Shown here: piece by piece, positions 21,202-30,254 of the stretch
Position numbering within the stretch: position 1 is the first letter of the stretch
Layout of the letters: each line of letters starts with the position of its first letter
From: Pirellulales bacterium
GTDB taxonomy: Bacteria > Planctomycetota > Planctomycetia > Pirellulales > Thermoguttaceae
Reading direction: 5' to 3'
NCBI GenBank assembly: GCA_013360685.1
Contig: JABWBD010000003.1
Coordinates: 91 to 64,090, forward strand
Length of the DNA: 64,000 nucleotides
Made by a program: the position numbers and the translations under genes
Notes under the pieces: generated by a model
Told to the model about the DNA's origin: nothing
Seen by the model: the letters and a program-made list of their open reading frames with translations, nothing else
The model's database searches: none

Positions 21202-22551
21202 TCAGCGGGCAACCAGCACGATTCGTAAATCACAGACGTTGGTCCCCGTGGGACCGGTGTTGATCAGGGCCCCCAGCGGTTCAAAGAAGTGGTAAGCGTC
21301 GTTGCGCGCGAGATGATCGGCAGGATCGAGCCGTCGCGATTGGGCGTCTTCAAGGACCTCGGCGTCGATCCAAGCGCCGGCGGCGTCGGTGGGACCGTCT
21401 TCGCCGTCGGTTCCACCGGACAACAGCGCGATGCCCTCCGCGCCCGCCTCCCAGAAGGCCTCGACGGCAGCCAGCACGAGTTGCTGGTTCCGGCCGCCCA
21501 GCCCGCGGCGCTGCCGATCGACCAGTCGCACGACCGGTTCGCCCCCGCTGACCAGGCAGTCGGGTCCGGGCTGGCTGCGCATCGTGAGGGCCATGCCGGC
21601 GAGATGGCGGCCGACCTCCTCGGCAAGTCCCTCCGACTGCCGCGCGCTGATCAGCGCGGGTGAATATCCCAGACGCACCGCCTGCTCGCTGGCAGCATCG
21701 ACGGCCGTGGCGTTGTTGCCGATGATCCAATTGGCCACCCGCGCGGAGGGCCCTTGTCTGGCCTCGCTTCCCTTGCTGCGGAGATAATCGAAGACCCGGT
21801 CCGAAATTCCTGCCTCGCGGGCATGGAACTTGTCGAGCACCGCCAGGGCCTGCTCCGGAGTTGATGAATCCTCGACCGTCGGCCCGGATGCGATCACGTC
21901 GAGCGGATCGCCGAGCACATCGGAGATGATCAGCGACGCCAGGCGCCCGGCGCGGCACGCCCGCCCCAGCCCGCCCCCTTTGATCCGGCTGAGTTGCTTG
22001 CGGACCGCGTTGAGTTGCTCGATGTTGGCTCCCGCCCCGCTCAAGTGCCGCGTGACGGCGAGCTTGTCGGCCAGCGTGATCCCTTCCACCGGAGATGGCA
22101 TCAAGGCCGAACCGCCGCCTGAGATCAGGCACAGGCACAAGTCGTCAGGCCCGAGAGACTCGACGATCTTGAGGATTTCGGCGGTCCCCGCGACTCCCGC
22201 CTCGGTCGGCTCGTTCACCCCGGGGGGCCGGGCGCCGTAGAGCCGGATCCGCGACAGCGGGCGGACCGTGTCCTCCGGGACATTCACCCAGCCGACCAGG
22301 CGTTTCCGCTCGATCCACTGCGGACCGAGGACCTCTTCGACCGCGGCGGCCATGCCCGCGCCCGCCTTGCCCGCGCCCACAACCGCCAGCCGCCCGATTC
22401 CGTCCAGCGCGATGCGTTCTTCGCCGACGACAAGGACCGGGCCCTCCACGCGGAGCGTCTTCCGGACAAGCCGCTCGGGGGCCACGGCATCGACGCCCGC
22501 CTGCCAGATCCGTCGCAAGTCGCGGCGGAGTTGTTCGGGGGATCGGTTCAT
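21202..22551 (-). CDS. Glycerate kinase / hydroxypyruvate-reductase-type protein (DUF4147 + MOFRL)
   Basis: ORF 21202..22923. ATG 22551 (MNRSPEQLRRDLRRIWQAGVDAV) lies just downstream of the permease stop at 22611. AVVGAGKAGAGMAAA and the C-terminal SGGTDGEDGPTDAAGA are MOFRL-family blocks. Confidence 0.8.
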   Translation of the reverse strand: MNRSPEQLRRDLRRIWQAGVDAVAPERLVRKTLRVEGPVLVVGEERIALDGIGRLAVVGAGKAGAGMAAAVEEVLGPQWIERKRLVGWVNVPEDTVRPLSRIRLYGARPPGVNEPTEAGVAGTAEILKIVESLGPDDLCLCLISGGGSALMPSPVEGITLADKLAVTRHLSGAGANIEQLNAVRKQLSRIKGGGLGRACRAGRLASLIISDVLGDPLDVIASGPTVEDSSTPEQALAVLDKFHAREAGISDRVFDYLRSKGSEARQGPSARVANWIIGNNATAVDAASEQAVRLGYSPALISARQSEGLAEEVGRHLAGMALTMRSQPGPDCLVSGGEPVVRLVDRQRRGLGGRNQQLVLAAVEAFWEAGAEGIALLSGGTDGEDGPTDAAGAWIDAEVLEDAQSRRLDPADHLARNDAYHFFEPLGALINTGPTGTNVCDLRIVLVAR

Positions 22552-22610
22552 TTCGCCCTGACCCGCGGCGGACCGGACCCTTCGGCCGCCTGTTGGACCA
22601 TGGTCATGAT

Positions 22611-23612
22611 TCACCTCCTCTTGGCCAAGACCCCGTTGATCACCAGGGCCGCCATCAATACTACGCCGGTGAGCAACTGCCTTGCCAGGTCGTTGATCCA
22701 GGTGATCTGGATCAGGCCGGTGTTGAGCGTCGTGAAAGTGAGGACGCCGATTGCCGTCTTTCCTATTCCCCCTTCGCCGCCGAAAAGGCTCGTTCCGCCC
22801 AGCACGACGCAGGCCACCGCGCTGAGGAGCAAGTCCTTGTTCTGGTCGAGAGTGACGTTGGTCATGCGCCCCGCATTGACCAGTCCGCCCAGCCCCGCGG
22901 TAGCCGCGGAAATGACCAGACACGCCACGACGATCCGGCCGGTGCGGACACCGGCAAGCCGCGCGGCCTCGCGGTTGCCGCCGGTCATGTAAACATAGCG
23001 GCCGAAACGGGTGTGCTGCAATACGACGTGGCCCGCCACGAGCACGCCGGCCGCCAGCATCGCGCTATACGGCACCACCACGCGGCCGCCGGATTGAAGG
23101 CCGTCGTTGCCGAGGACGGCCAGCACTTCAGGGATCTTCAGCAGCTTGCTCTGCGTCAGGTACCGCGACGACCCTTCGGCGATGAACATCATGGCCAGCG
23201 TGATGATGAAGCTCGGCAGGGCCGACCACACGGTCAACACGCCGGAGAGAAACCCCAGCAACAGGCAACTGGCCAGGGGAACCAACAGCACGGCAGCGGT
23301 GGTCATGAAGGGTTCACTGCTCCCGCCCCCGATCCACCGCTGGTAGAGCCAGCCGCACAGACAAGCGCACCACAAGGCCGCCATGCCCACCGACAGGTCG
23401 ATTTCCGCGCAGAGCAGCACAAACGTAAGACCCGCCGCCACGATTGCCAACACCGATCCCTGTTTCAAGATCGCGGTGATCGTCGCGACCTTCAGGAAGT
23501 TCGGGGCCGCCAACGTGAAGAAGACAACGAGCACCGCCAGGCTCACCAGCGGAGCGATATCGCGAGCGTCCCAGCGACGGAAGAAGGGGGAGGAGTTGCT
23601 AAGGTCGGACAT
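22611..23612 (-). CDS. Sugar ABC transporter permease (ribose/monosaccharide type)
   Basis: Multi-TM protein with the RbsC-like block RFGRYVYMTGGNREAARLAGV. Confidence 0.85.
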   Translation of the reverse strand: MSDLSNSSPFFRRWDARDIAPLVSLAVLVVFFTLAAPNFLKVATITAILKQGSVLAIVAAGLTFVLLCAEIDLSVGMAALWCACLCGWLYQRWIGGGSSEPFMTTAAVLLVPLASCLLLGFLSGVLTVWSALPSFIITLAMMFIAEGSSRYLTQSKLLKIPEVLAVLGNDGLQSGGRVVVPYSAMLAAGVLVAGHVVLQHTRFGRYVYMTGGNREAARLAGVRTGRIVVACLVISAATAGLGGLVNAGRMTNVTLDQNKDLLLSAVACVVLGGTSLFGGEGGIGKTAIGVLTFTTLNTGLIQITWINDLARQLLTGVVLMAALVINGVLAKRR

Positions 23613-23687
23613 AAGTCTTCCGAGGTCTTGTCGTTTCCATAGGGTCGGTCGGCAGATGCTCCAATCCCCGACTCCGGCGGCACACCC

Positions 23688-25193
23688 TCACGCGGAACGG
23701 ATTAGCGCGGCCTTGTCGGTCTCGATGTCGGCGAACTCACGGGTTACCCGGCCGCGGCTCATCACCAGGATGCGGTCGGCATGCGTTAGGAGCATCCCCG
23801 GCTCGCTGGAAGCGAGGATGACGGCAGTCCCCTGCTGCTTCAGCCCGGCCACCAGCCGCATCACGTCTTCCTTCGCCGCGACGTCCATCCCGCGAGTCGG
23901 CTCGTCGAGCAAGAGCACGCGGACTTCACCCATCAGCCACCTGGCAAAGACCACCTTCTGCTGGTTTCCCCCGGAAAGGTCGCCGGCCGCCAGAAGCGGA
24001 TCCGGCGGGCGGCAGCCGACGCGTTGCAGCACCGGCCGCGTGGCGCCCGCCTCGCGGCTTCGCATCAGCCAGCGGCCGGCAACACGCCGGAGATGGGCCA
24101 GGGTGACGTTCTTGTAAATCTCGCCCTTCAGGAACAGGCTCTGAGCACGGTCCGCGGTCACCAGGACGACGCCGCGGCAAACGGAGTCGTGGGGATCGCC
24201 TGGCTGGATCGGATGCGAGTCGACCAGCACGCGGCCGGAACTGGCGCGGCGCGCCCCGCCGAGTGTCTGGACGAGTTCCTGATGCCCGGCGCCGACGAAC
24301 CCGTAGAGCCCGAGGCACTCACCTGGAGAGACTTCCAGACACACATCGGAAAAACCCCCTGCCAGGCTCAGTTCTTCGGCCACGAACACCGGCAGTTCGC
24401 GGGTCCGGGCACGGAGCCGTACGCCCGTCTCGTAGCCCACCTCCGCTGCCTCCAACCGATGCCCGAGCATTTTGCGGATCAGTTCATGCTTGTCGAGACC
24501 GGCTTTCGGAACGGTTTCCACAAGCCGTCCGTCGCGCAGCACGGTCACCCGGTCGCAGATCTCCAGCACGTCCTCGATGAAGTGGCTGATGAAGACGATG
24601 GCGACGCCGCGGCTCCGGAGCCTCTGGACCAGTGCGAACAGGCGGCGGGTTTCCGGGGGACTCAGGGCGCTGGTCGGTTCGTCGAGGATAAGCACACGGG
24701 CGCCGCTGTGGACCGCCCGTGCGATCTCGACCATCTGGCGGACCACCAGGGGATAGCTGTCCAGACGCCGCGTGACCTCGACGTCGATCTCCAGATCCGC
24801 CAGCCACTCTCGCGCCTTGCGGCGGATGGTTGTCCAGTCGATCCGGCCCAAACGCGTCGTCGGCTGCCGGCCCAGGAAGAGGTTTTCCGCCACGCTCAAT
24901 TGCCCGATCCCCGACAACTCCTGGTAGACCATGGCGATCCCCTCGGCAAGAGACGCCTGTGGCGTATTGAGCCGGATCGGCTGGCCGGCCAAGAGCACGG
25001 TCCCTTCGTAATCGGGCAGTGCACCGGCGAGGACCTTCATGAGCGTGCTCTTGCCCGCCCCGTTGCCGCCGACGACTCCATGCACTTCGCCGGCGCGGAG
25101 CGAGAAGTCCACGTCGCAAAGCGCAACGATCCCCCCGAATCGCTTCCCCACGCGACGGCATTCCAGGAGTGGTGTCTCGGTTGCAGCAGTCAT
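23688..25193 (-). CDS. Sugar ABC transporter ATP-binding protein (duplicated ATPase, RbsA/MglA-like)
   Basis: Two ABC cassettes are visible: Walker A GGNGAGKST, signatures LSGIGQL and LSGGNQQK, Walker B LILDEPT and LLLDEPT. Confidence 0.9.
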   Translation of the reverse strand: MTAATETPLLECRRVGKRFGGIVALCDVDFSLRAGEVHGVVGGNGAGKSTLMKVLAGALPDYEGTVLLAGQPIRLNTPQASLAEGIAMVYQELSGIGQLSVAENLFLGRQPTTRLGRIDWTTIRRKAREWLADLEIDVEVTRRLDSYPLVVRQMVEIARAVHSGARVLILDEPTSALSPPETRRLFALVQRLRSRGVAIVFISHFIEDVLEICDRVTVLRDGRLVETVPKAGLDKHELIRKMLGHRLEAAEVGYETGVRLRARTRELPVFVAEELSLAGGFSDVCLEVSPGECLGLYGFVGAGHQELVQTLGGARRASSGRVLVDSHPIQPGDPHDSVCRGVVLVTADRAQSLFLKGEIYKNVTLAHLRRVAGRWLMRSREAGATRPVLQRVGCRPPDPLLAAGDLSGGNQQKVVFARWLMGEVRVLLLDEPTRGMDVAAKEDVMRLVAGLKQQGTAVILASSEPGMLLTHADRILVMSRGRVTREFADIETDKAALIRSA

Positions 25194-25199
25194 GGCGAA

Positions 25200-25327
25200 G
25201 GATTTTGGATTTTGGATTTTGGATTTTAGATTTTGGATTTTGGATTACAGAATCTGCCATAGCTCGCGATCGCTGCCCATCATGCTCATTTTCAGGGCTC
25301 TCAATCCAAAATCTAAAATCCAAAATC
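25200..25327. repeat. Intercistronic heptamer-array hairpin: (GGATTTT)x6.5, plus a perfect 25-nt inverted partner
   Basis: Tandem GGATTTT spans 25200-25246, with one AGATTTT variant. 25303-25327 (AATCCAAAATCTAAAATCCAAAATC) is the exact reverse complement of 25215-25239, variant unit included. The element fills the gap between the SBP stop (25328) and the ATPase start (25193). Confidence 0.9.
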
Positions 25328-26407
25328 TCATACCAGGCAGTGCCGCGGGTCGGAGAGGAAGAACATGGCGTCGAGATTGCCCGATTCCTTGGACACCAGC
25401 GGGCTGGGCAGGATGATCTGCTTGGGGACCTCGTCGATCTTCTCCTTGTTGCGGACGATGAACTGGCCGACGATGAGCGAATAGCCGTGGATCATGCACG
25501 TCGGGTTGACCGAAGTGGCGGCCAACAGCCCGTCGCGGACGCCCGTCAGGCCCGCCTTTTGCCCGTCAACCGCGGTGACGACCATCTTTTCGTGGCGGCT
25601 GCCGGCCAACGCGGGCGTGCATGCCAGGGCCATGTCGTCGTTGTGGAAGAAAGCCCCGGCAATCGGCTCGTCGCTCTCCTGCAGGAGCGTGTCGAACGTG
25701 TTGCGCGCGATCTCGGTCTTCCAGTTGCACCAGCGGACGCCCCCGCCGACGACCTTGACCTCCGGATACTTGCCAACGATATTGTTGAATCCCCGCTCGC
25801 GGTCCTGGGCGCCGCTGTGGCCGCTCTCTCCTCCGATATGGATCACCTTGCCCTTGCCGCCGATTTTCTCCATGAGATAACGCGTGCTCGCCTCGGCCAT
25901 GGCGGCGTGGTCGGGCGCGATCTCGATCCACACGCCCGCCTCGCGCAACCTCGGCCGCTCCACCAGCAGGGTATCCATCGAGATTACCGGGATGCCTCGC
26001 GCTTTGAGCCGTTTGACCGGTTCTTCGAGAATGCCCGTCTGATGGGCCTGGAACGCGCAGAAGTCCCAATCATCGTCGACGATCAGTTCGATTTTCTCCC
26101 GCTGCTTCTGGCCGTCGAATTCGCCGTCGAACCAGACCACCTCCACGCCGAGCAGGTCTCCCCAGAGCATGGCGGCATCGTAGCCGAGTTTGTTCCAGGT
26201 GCCCTGCAGCCCGGCACTGGAGAAGGCGGCCCGCAACCGTTGTCTGCCGCCCTCGCCGGTGGACTGGGACGCAGTGCACCCGACCAGCAAAGCCCCCAAT
26301 CCCAGACCTGCACCGGATGCGGCCTTCAACAGGCCGCGACGGGTGGTCTGCACTGGTCTGGCGCATCGCACCGTGAGGTGGTCTCTGCCGATGTCGCCGA
26401 CAGGCAT
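25328..26407 (-). CDS. Sugar ABC transporter substrate-binding lipoprotein (periplasmic-binding-protein type I)
   Basis: AAGGAG RBS precedes the start. The leader TTRRGLLKAASGAGLGLGALLVGC combines a Tat-like motif and a lipobox. The body is RbsB-like (ISMDTLL, GGESGHSGAQDRERGF). Confidence 0.8.
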   Translation of the reverse strand: MPVGDIGRDHLTVRCARPVQTTRRGLLKAASGAGLGLGALLVGCTASQSTGEGGRQRLRAAFSSAGLQGTWNKLGYDAAMLWGDLLGVEVVWFDGEFDGQKQREKIELIVDDDWDFCAFQAHQTGILEEPVKRLKARGIPVISMDTLLVERPRLREAGVWIEIAPDHAAMAEASTRYLMEKIGGKGKVIHIGGESGHSGAQDRERGFNNIVGKYPEVKVVGGGVRWCNWKTEIARNTFDTLLQESDEPIAGAFFHNDDMALACTPALAGSRHEKMVVTAVDGQKAGLTGVRDGLLAATSVNPTCMIHGYSLIVGQFIVRNKEKIDEVPKQIILPSPLVSKESGNLDAMFFLSDPRHCLV

Positions 26408-26667
26408 GATATTCTCCTTGGCTTGACCCTTCGCTTGCTGGTTCCCGATGCCGCTCGCTGAGCACTATAGTATAACGTGGTTTGATGCCTTGCCAGAAAC
26501 GCCCGGCGGATCCTTCATTCCCCCCTCGGGCGTGGCCGACAGTTTTCTTGAGTCTTCCTTCCCACCGCCCCGGTATTCGCCAACCGTTTCCCATGCAACG
26601 GTTCGACCCCAGTCTGGCGCGCCGCTCCGCGAAGTGATTTCCCGCCGGTATTCGAGAGCCTTCTCCC

Positions 26668-27381
26668 ATGCGACTGCTCGACCTGACGCTCCCAACTCCT
26701 GCCGAGAATCTCGCTCTCGACGAGGCCCTGATCGAGGAGGCCGAAGATGGCGGTCTTCCGGTGGAAACGCTCCGTTTCTGGGAGCCGAGCGGGCCGATGG
26801 TCGTTGTGGGCCGCTCCTCGCGACTGGAAGAAGAAGTCCGACTGGATGCCTGTCGCGAGATCGGCGTGCCGGTGTTTCGCCGCGTCAGTGGTGGAGCGGC
26901 GGTCGTCACCGGGCCGGGCTGTCTGATGTATGCCCTGGTGCTCAGCTATCGCCTTCGACCCGCGTTGCGGCTGATCGACCATGCGCACCAGTTCGTCATG
27001 GGCACGATGGCGGCCGCCCTGGAGCGGCTGGTCCCCGGGATCGGGCCCCAGGGGATTAGCGACCTGGCGGTGGGCGGCAGGAAAGTGTCGGGCAACAGCG
27101 TCCGCTGCAAACGCGACCATCTCTTGTACCACGGCACGCTGCTTTACGACTTCCCGCTCGATCTGGTCGAGCGTTGCCTGAAAATGCCCCCGCGCCAACC
27201 GGCCTATCGCGAGGGGCGGGAGCATCAAGCTTTTGTCGCCAATCTGCCCCTCTCAAGCCTGGAGATCCGGCGAGCGATCGCCCGCGCCTGGCAGGCGGAC
27301 GAACCCGGCCTTCAATGGCCCTGCCAGCGAACGGCGCAACTCGTCGCCCAACGATACAGTCAGCCCGAGTGGAATGCGTGA
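26668..27381 (+). CDS. Biotin/lipoate A/B protein ligase-family protein (LplA/LipB-like)
   Basis: MRLLDLTLPTPAENLALDEALIEEAE..., then RRVSGGAAVVTGPGCLMY and GGRKVSGNSVRCKRDHLLYHGTLLYDF (the catalytic-lysine block of the BPL_LplA_LipB family). Confidence 0.8.
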   Translation: MRLLDLTLPTPAENLALDEALIEEAEDGGLPVETLRFWEPSGPMVVVGRSSRLEEEVRLDACREIGVPVFRRVSGGAAVVTGPGCLMYALVLSYRLRPALRLIDHAHQFVMGTMAAALERLVPGIGPQGISDLAVGGRKVSGNSVRCKRDHLLYHGTLLYDFPLDLVERCLKMPPRQPAYREGREHQAFVANLPLSSLEIRRAIARAWQADEPGLQWPCQRTAQLVAQRYSQPEWNA

Positions 27382-27831
27382 TGGAAAGCGTCTCCCGTGG
27401 CCCTTCGTGCCTGTGCTCTTTCCTCACGCGGACCAACCCGATGGCACCGTTGAGAAGCCTGCTATGGCGAAAAACACAAGTGCATGCCGTGCGATCGCCA
27501 TGGCCACCGGCCGGGTCCAGACGTCGTCGTTGGGAAACAGGGCGGCGTAGCCGGGCATAGATCGTTCGAGGTAGTGGCGGATCTCGCTACGATTCGCCAC
27601 TGCGTGAATCATGGCTGCCACCCTTGGTCCCCTTGGTCTGTCCAGAATCAGGGGCCAGCCCAGCCCTCAACCTCCCTTGAGTCTGGCGGGCGGAAACAGC
27701 ATGCGATGCTTGGCATCGACGACTCGCCGGATTTCCTGTCCCCTGCCACCTGTGATTCTCGCTTGGCCAGATAGGAACGGAAAACTAAGTACTGCCTGTA
27801 ATTCCTGAGCCCCCACTTAAGGAGAGAAACC

Positions 27832-28338
27832 ATGCCGCGCAACGCAATCACAGCCATCGACCCGGTCGCCGACGCCATGGTCGGGACGAGCCGCCAAACC
27901 GATGAGTTACTGTGGATCGCCACAGAAACACGGCGAACCCCGATGGAGTTCACTGGGCGGAAGAAGGGATCGCGCACGGCGGCCGCGGCTCTGTCGGCGC
28001 TGGCCTTGTTCCTGGCGACGATCGTGTCCGGCTGCGGCACATCACCGATCTACCCGCCGGTTACGATCGAATACCGTGATTCCCTGTTCGGTATTGGGAA
28101 AGTCGTCATTATTTCCAACCCCTCCAGCCATCACCTGTACAACGTGCGAGTAGTCGGCAGGAATCTCCAGGAAATGTCGTCGGCGTCAGTAAAGGCCACG
28201 GACCATCTCAGTCCCGGCAGTTTTGTCCAGGTCGGCTGGCTTGAGTTTGAAAACTGGGCTCCCCAACCCGGTGAGAGTATCGAAGTCTACGCAGATGGCT
28301 ACGTTGTCCCGGCAGTGTCAATCATACCGAAGGACTGA
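27832..28338 (+). CDS. Hypothetical lipoprotein
   Basis: AAGGAG RBS lies 8 nt before ATG 27832. An internal lipobox LFLATIVSGCGTSP is present; the alternative start ATG 27943 would place it in a canonical signal peptide. No functional motif was recognised. Confidence 0.5.
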   Translation: MPRNAITAIDPVADAMVGTSRQTDELLWIATETRRTPMEFTGRKKGSRTAAAALSALALFLATIVSGCGTSPIYPPVTIEYRDSLFGIGKVVIISNPSSHHLYNVRVVGRNLQEMSSASVKATDHLSPGSFVQVGWLEFENWAPQPGESIEVYADGYVVPAVSIIPKD

Positions 28339-28376
28339 GGCGCTCGCCGAAGAGCAGTTCAACAAGGAGACCAGTC

Positions 28377-29600
28377 ATGACCAAAGTCACCCATCTCATT
28401 GTATTGTTTGCAGTCTCGATGGCCTTGCTGCCCGTCGCAGGCCGATGCGGCGCCGCGGACGCCGCACGGCAACTTCTCCCGGAGTATTCCCGTCTTGCGA
28501 AAGGAGTCGGCCGGCTGGTTGTTTCGATGGAGACGTCGCGAGAAGCCTTTCCCGAGGAGGAGCCGAGCATGGCTGAAGCGATCCGCGAGTTGTACGCGGT
28601 CGCCATCGATCTTCATGGCATTCAATCCGAGGACTCCCAGTTGAGCTATATCGCCTCTCAATCGCAACGCGCTGTCGCCGAGGCGATCGAAGCGTTCGAG
28701 CGCATCGAAAGGATGCCAAAGCCTTCCGCCGTTGATGTGCTCGGCGGGTCGATCATCTCCGGCTCCCTTGGCGATCCGATCGTTGGCCCAACGGTTTTGG
28801 CCCTCGACGCCATGAAGAAGTCCGAGGATATGATGGCCGAACTCAAGAAAGCCGTGGCAATCTGGAATCGCCTTGACGGCATCCATTCTGGACTTCCCTG
28901 CGTCGCGCAAAAATACTCGCCCGCGGTTGTGGATCAACCGGACCGGCTCGTCCTCGACTTCGACGAAGCGTGGGGGCCGGTCGGCCCGCACGACTGGCTC
29001 CGCCTGGAGAACAACGGGCAAGACCTGGCCGACTGCACAATCCTGGTGGAACTGACTGGCAAATCGGGCCCCGCCCGGCGGAACGTCCACTTTGTCGAGC
29101 ACTGGCCCGCGCACACGCCCCTGTATGCCCGATACGAACCAGGTTTCCTACTCGACGGCGAGTATGCCGGGCGCACGACCGTGTCGAAGGTCCAGCAAAT
29201 CGCCGTAACCGTGTGGTCGCCGAAGGAATCCTTCCGAGCAATCTGTACCTACCTCGGCGAGGAGAAGGATCGCGATATCGCCCGATACTGCGAGACGCTC
29301 TCGCTACATGGTTCGTACAGACCTTTTGAGAAGGGATTTCTCTGGGATACCCAACGCGCCGCCGTCTTTTCGCTCGACGGCATCGAGTCGCTCCCGCCAT
29401 GCCGAGTGACCGTCACGTTCAGCCGCGGCAAGCAATCGAAATGCTGGGATTGGGAGTTGGACGGTTGGAGCCGAGGGCAACGCAAGACGTTCCAGCCGTC
29501 CCGAGGCGCGCTGCCCTTCGACGCGCAGAGAATCGTGGGGGAGATCACGTTCCCGGACACCGGCTACAAACATCGGACCTCGCTTGCAGTGAACCAGTGA
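28377..29600 (+). CDS. Hypothetical secreted protein (full-length copy of a duplicated domain)
   Basis: AAGGAG RBS; signal peptide MTKVTHLIVLFAVSMALLPVAGRCGAADA. The C-terminal ~240 aa are about 85 percent identical by eye to ORF 33270..33947. Confidence 0.6.
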   Translation: MTKVTHLIVLFAVSMALLPVAGRCGAADAARQLLPEYSRLAKGVGRLVVSMETSREAFPEEEPSMAEAIRELYAVAIDLHGIQSEDSQLSYIASQSQRAVAEAIEAFERIERMPKPSAVDVLGGSIISGSLGDPIVGPTVLALDAMKKSEDMMAELKKAVAIWNRLDGIHSGLPCVAQKYSPAVVDQPDRLVLDFDEAWGPVGPHDWLRLENNGQDLADCTILVELTGKSGPARRNVHFVEHWPAHTPLYARYEPGFLLDGEYAGRTTVSKVQQIAVTVWSPKESFRAICTYLGEEKDRDIARYCETLSLHGSYRPFEKGFLWDTQRAAVFSLDGIESLPPCRVTVTFSRGKQSKCWDWELDGWSRGQRKTFQPSRGALPFDAQRIVGEITFPDTGYKHRTSLAVNQ

Positions 29601-30254
29601 CCGCTGTGTTCGGGAACAGATTCGCGCGTTTTTTTCAACCACCCGCCAGAACATCAAGCAGCCCGGCTGCTACCATCGGGAAACAGCTTGGTGCTGCGAG
29701 AATCGGATGGCCAGCAGGCAGGCTGCTTTGCTTTTTGAACTCTTGGCGGATCGTTGTTTCAGTTGGCCGACGGCCTTCGGTCACCGTAGCCTGGGGTGGC
29801 ACGCTGGCAACACCCCAGGTAAGCGGGTGAAGGCAAGCGTTTGGCCAACGGCCATGTTCACCCGTATCTCGCCAGCCATGTCCACAGATCACCCATGAGG
29901 CGATGATGATGGCCTTCGGCCAGATTGGGATTATGTAGCCCCTGGGCCCCGCGGTTCTCGCCTTGCAGGACAGGAGCCCGAGGGCATCCAGTAAATCACG
30001 AACCTGATCGCAGGAGATTGTAGCCATGTCAACGAGGTATTCAAACAAACGACTTCGGACAATCGGCGAGCAGGGGCACGACGTGGGGTTTTCAGCGCCA
30101 GATCTCGATGACGTGCGCGAAGCGAAGGTACTGCTGGAATACCCCTTCTTGCCGCGAGAATCGCCGACATTATCGGAACGCCCATGGAAAAGGCATCTGA
30201 ATGCCTGCCGCAGAAGTGGTCCGAGGTGGTCAACCACGCGTCGCGGAGTGGCAG

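Noticed and set aside
25200-25327. Possible CRISPR array or coding microsatellite.
   Set aside because: The units are 7 nt and contiguous with no spacers. The second block is an inverted, not direct, copy. No cas genes are present. The ORFs through it (24484..25323, 25039..25416, 25169..26461) are artefacts.
27424-27621. 65-aa minus-strand ORF (GTG start, weak AAGGGGA upstream) in the gap after the lipoate-ligase-family gene.
   Set aside because: It has no recognisable motif and ends in a hydrophobic tail. It could be a small membrane protein or a gene remnant. The evidence is insufficient to call it.
29635-30237. 200-aa minus-strand ORF directly downstream of the HEAT-repeat effector, as a possible fourth cassette gene.
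   Set aside because: It is Ser/Arg/Gly/Pro-rich and low-complexity, has no RBS and is overlapped by other equally poor ORFs. It is kept as a finding (unassigned region) rather than a feature.
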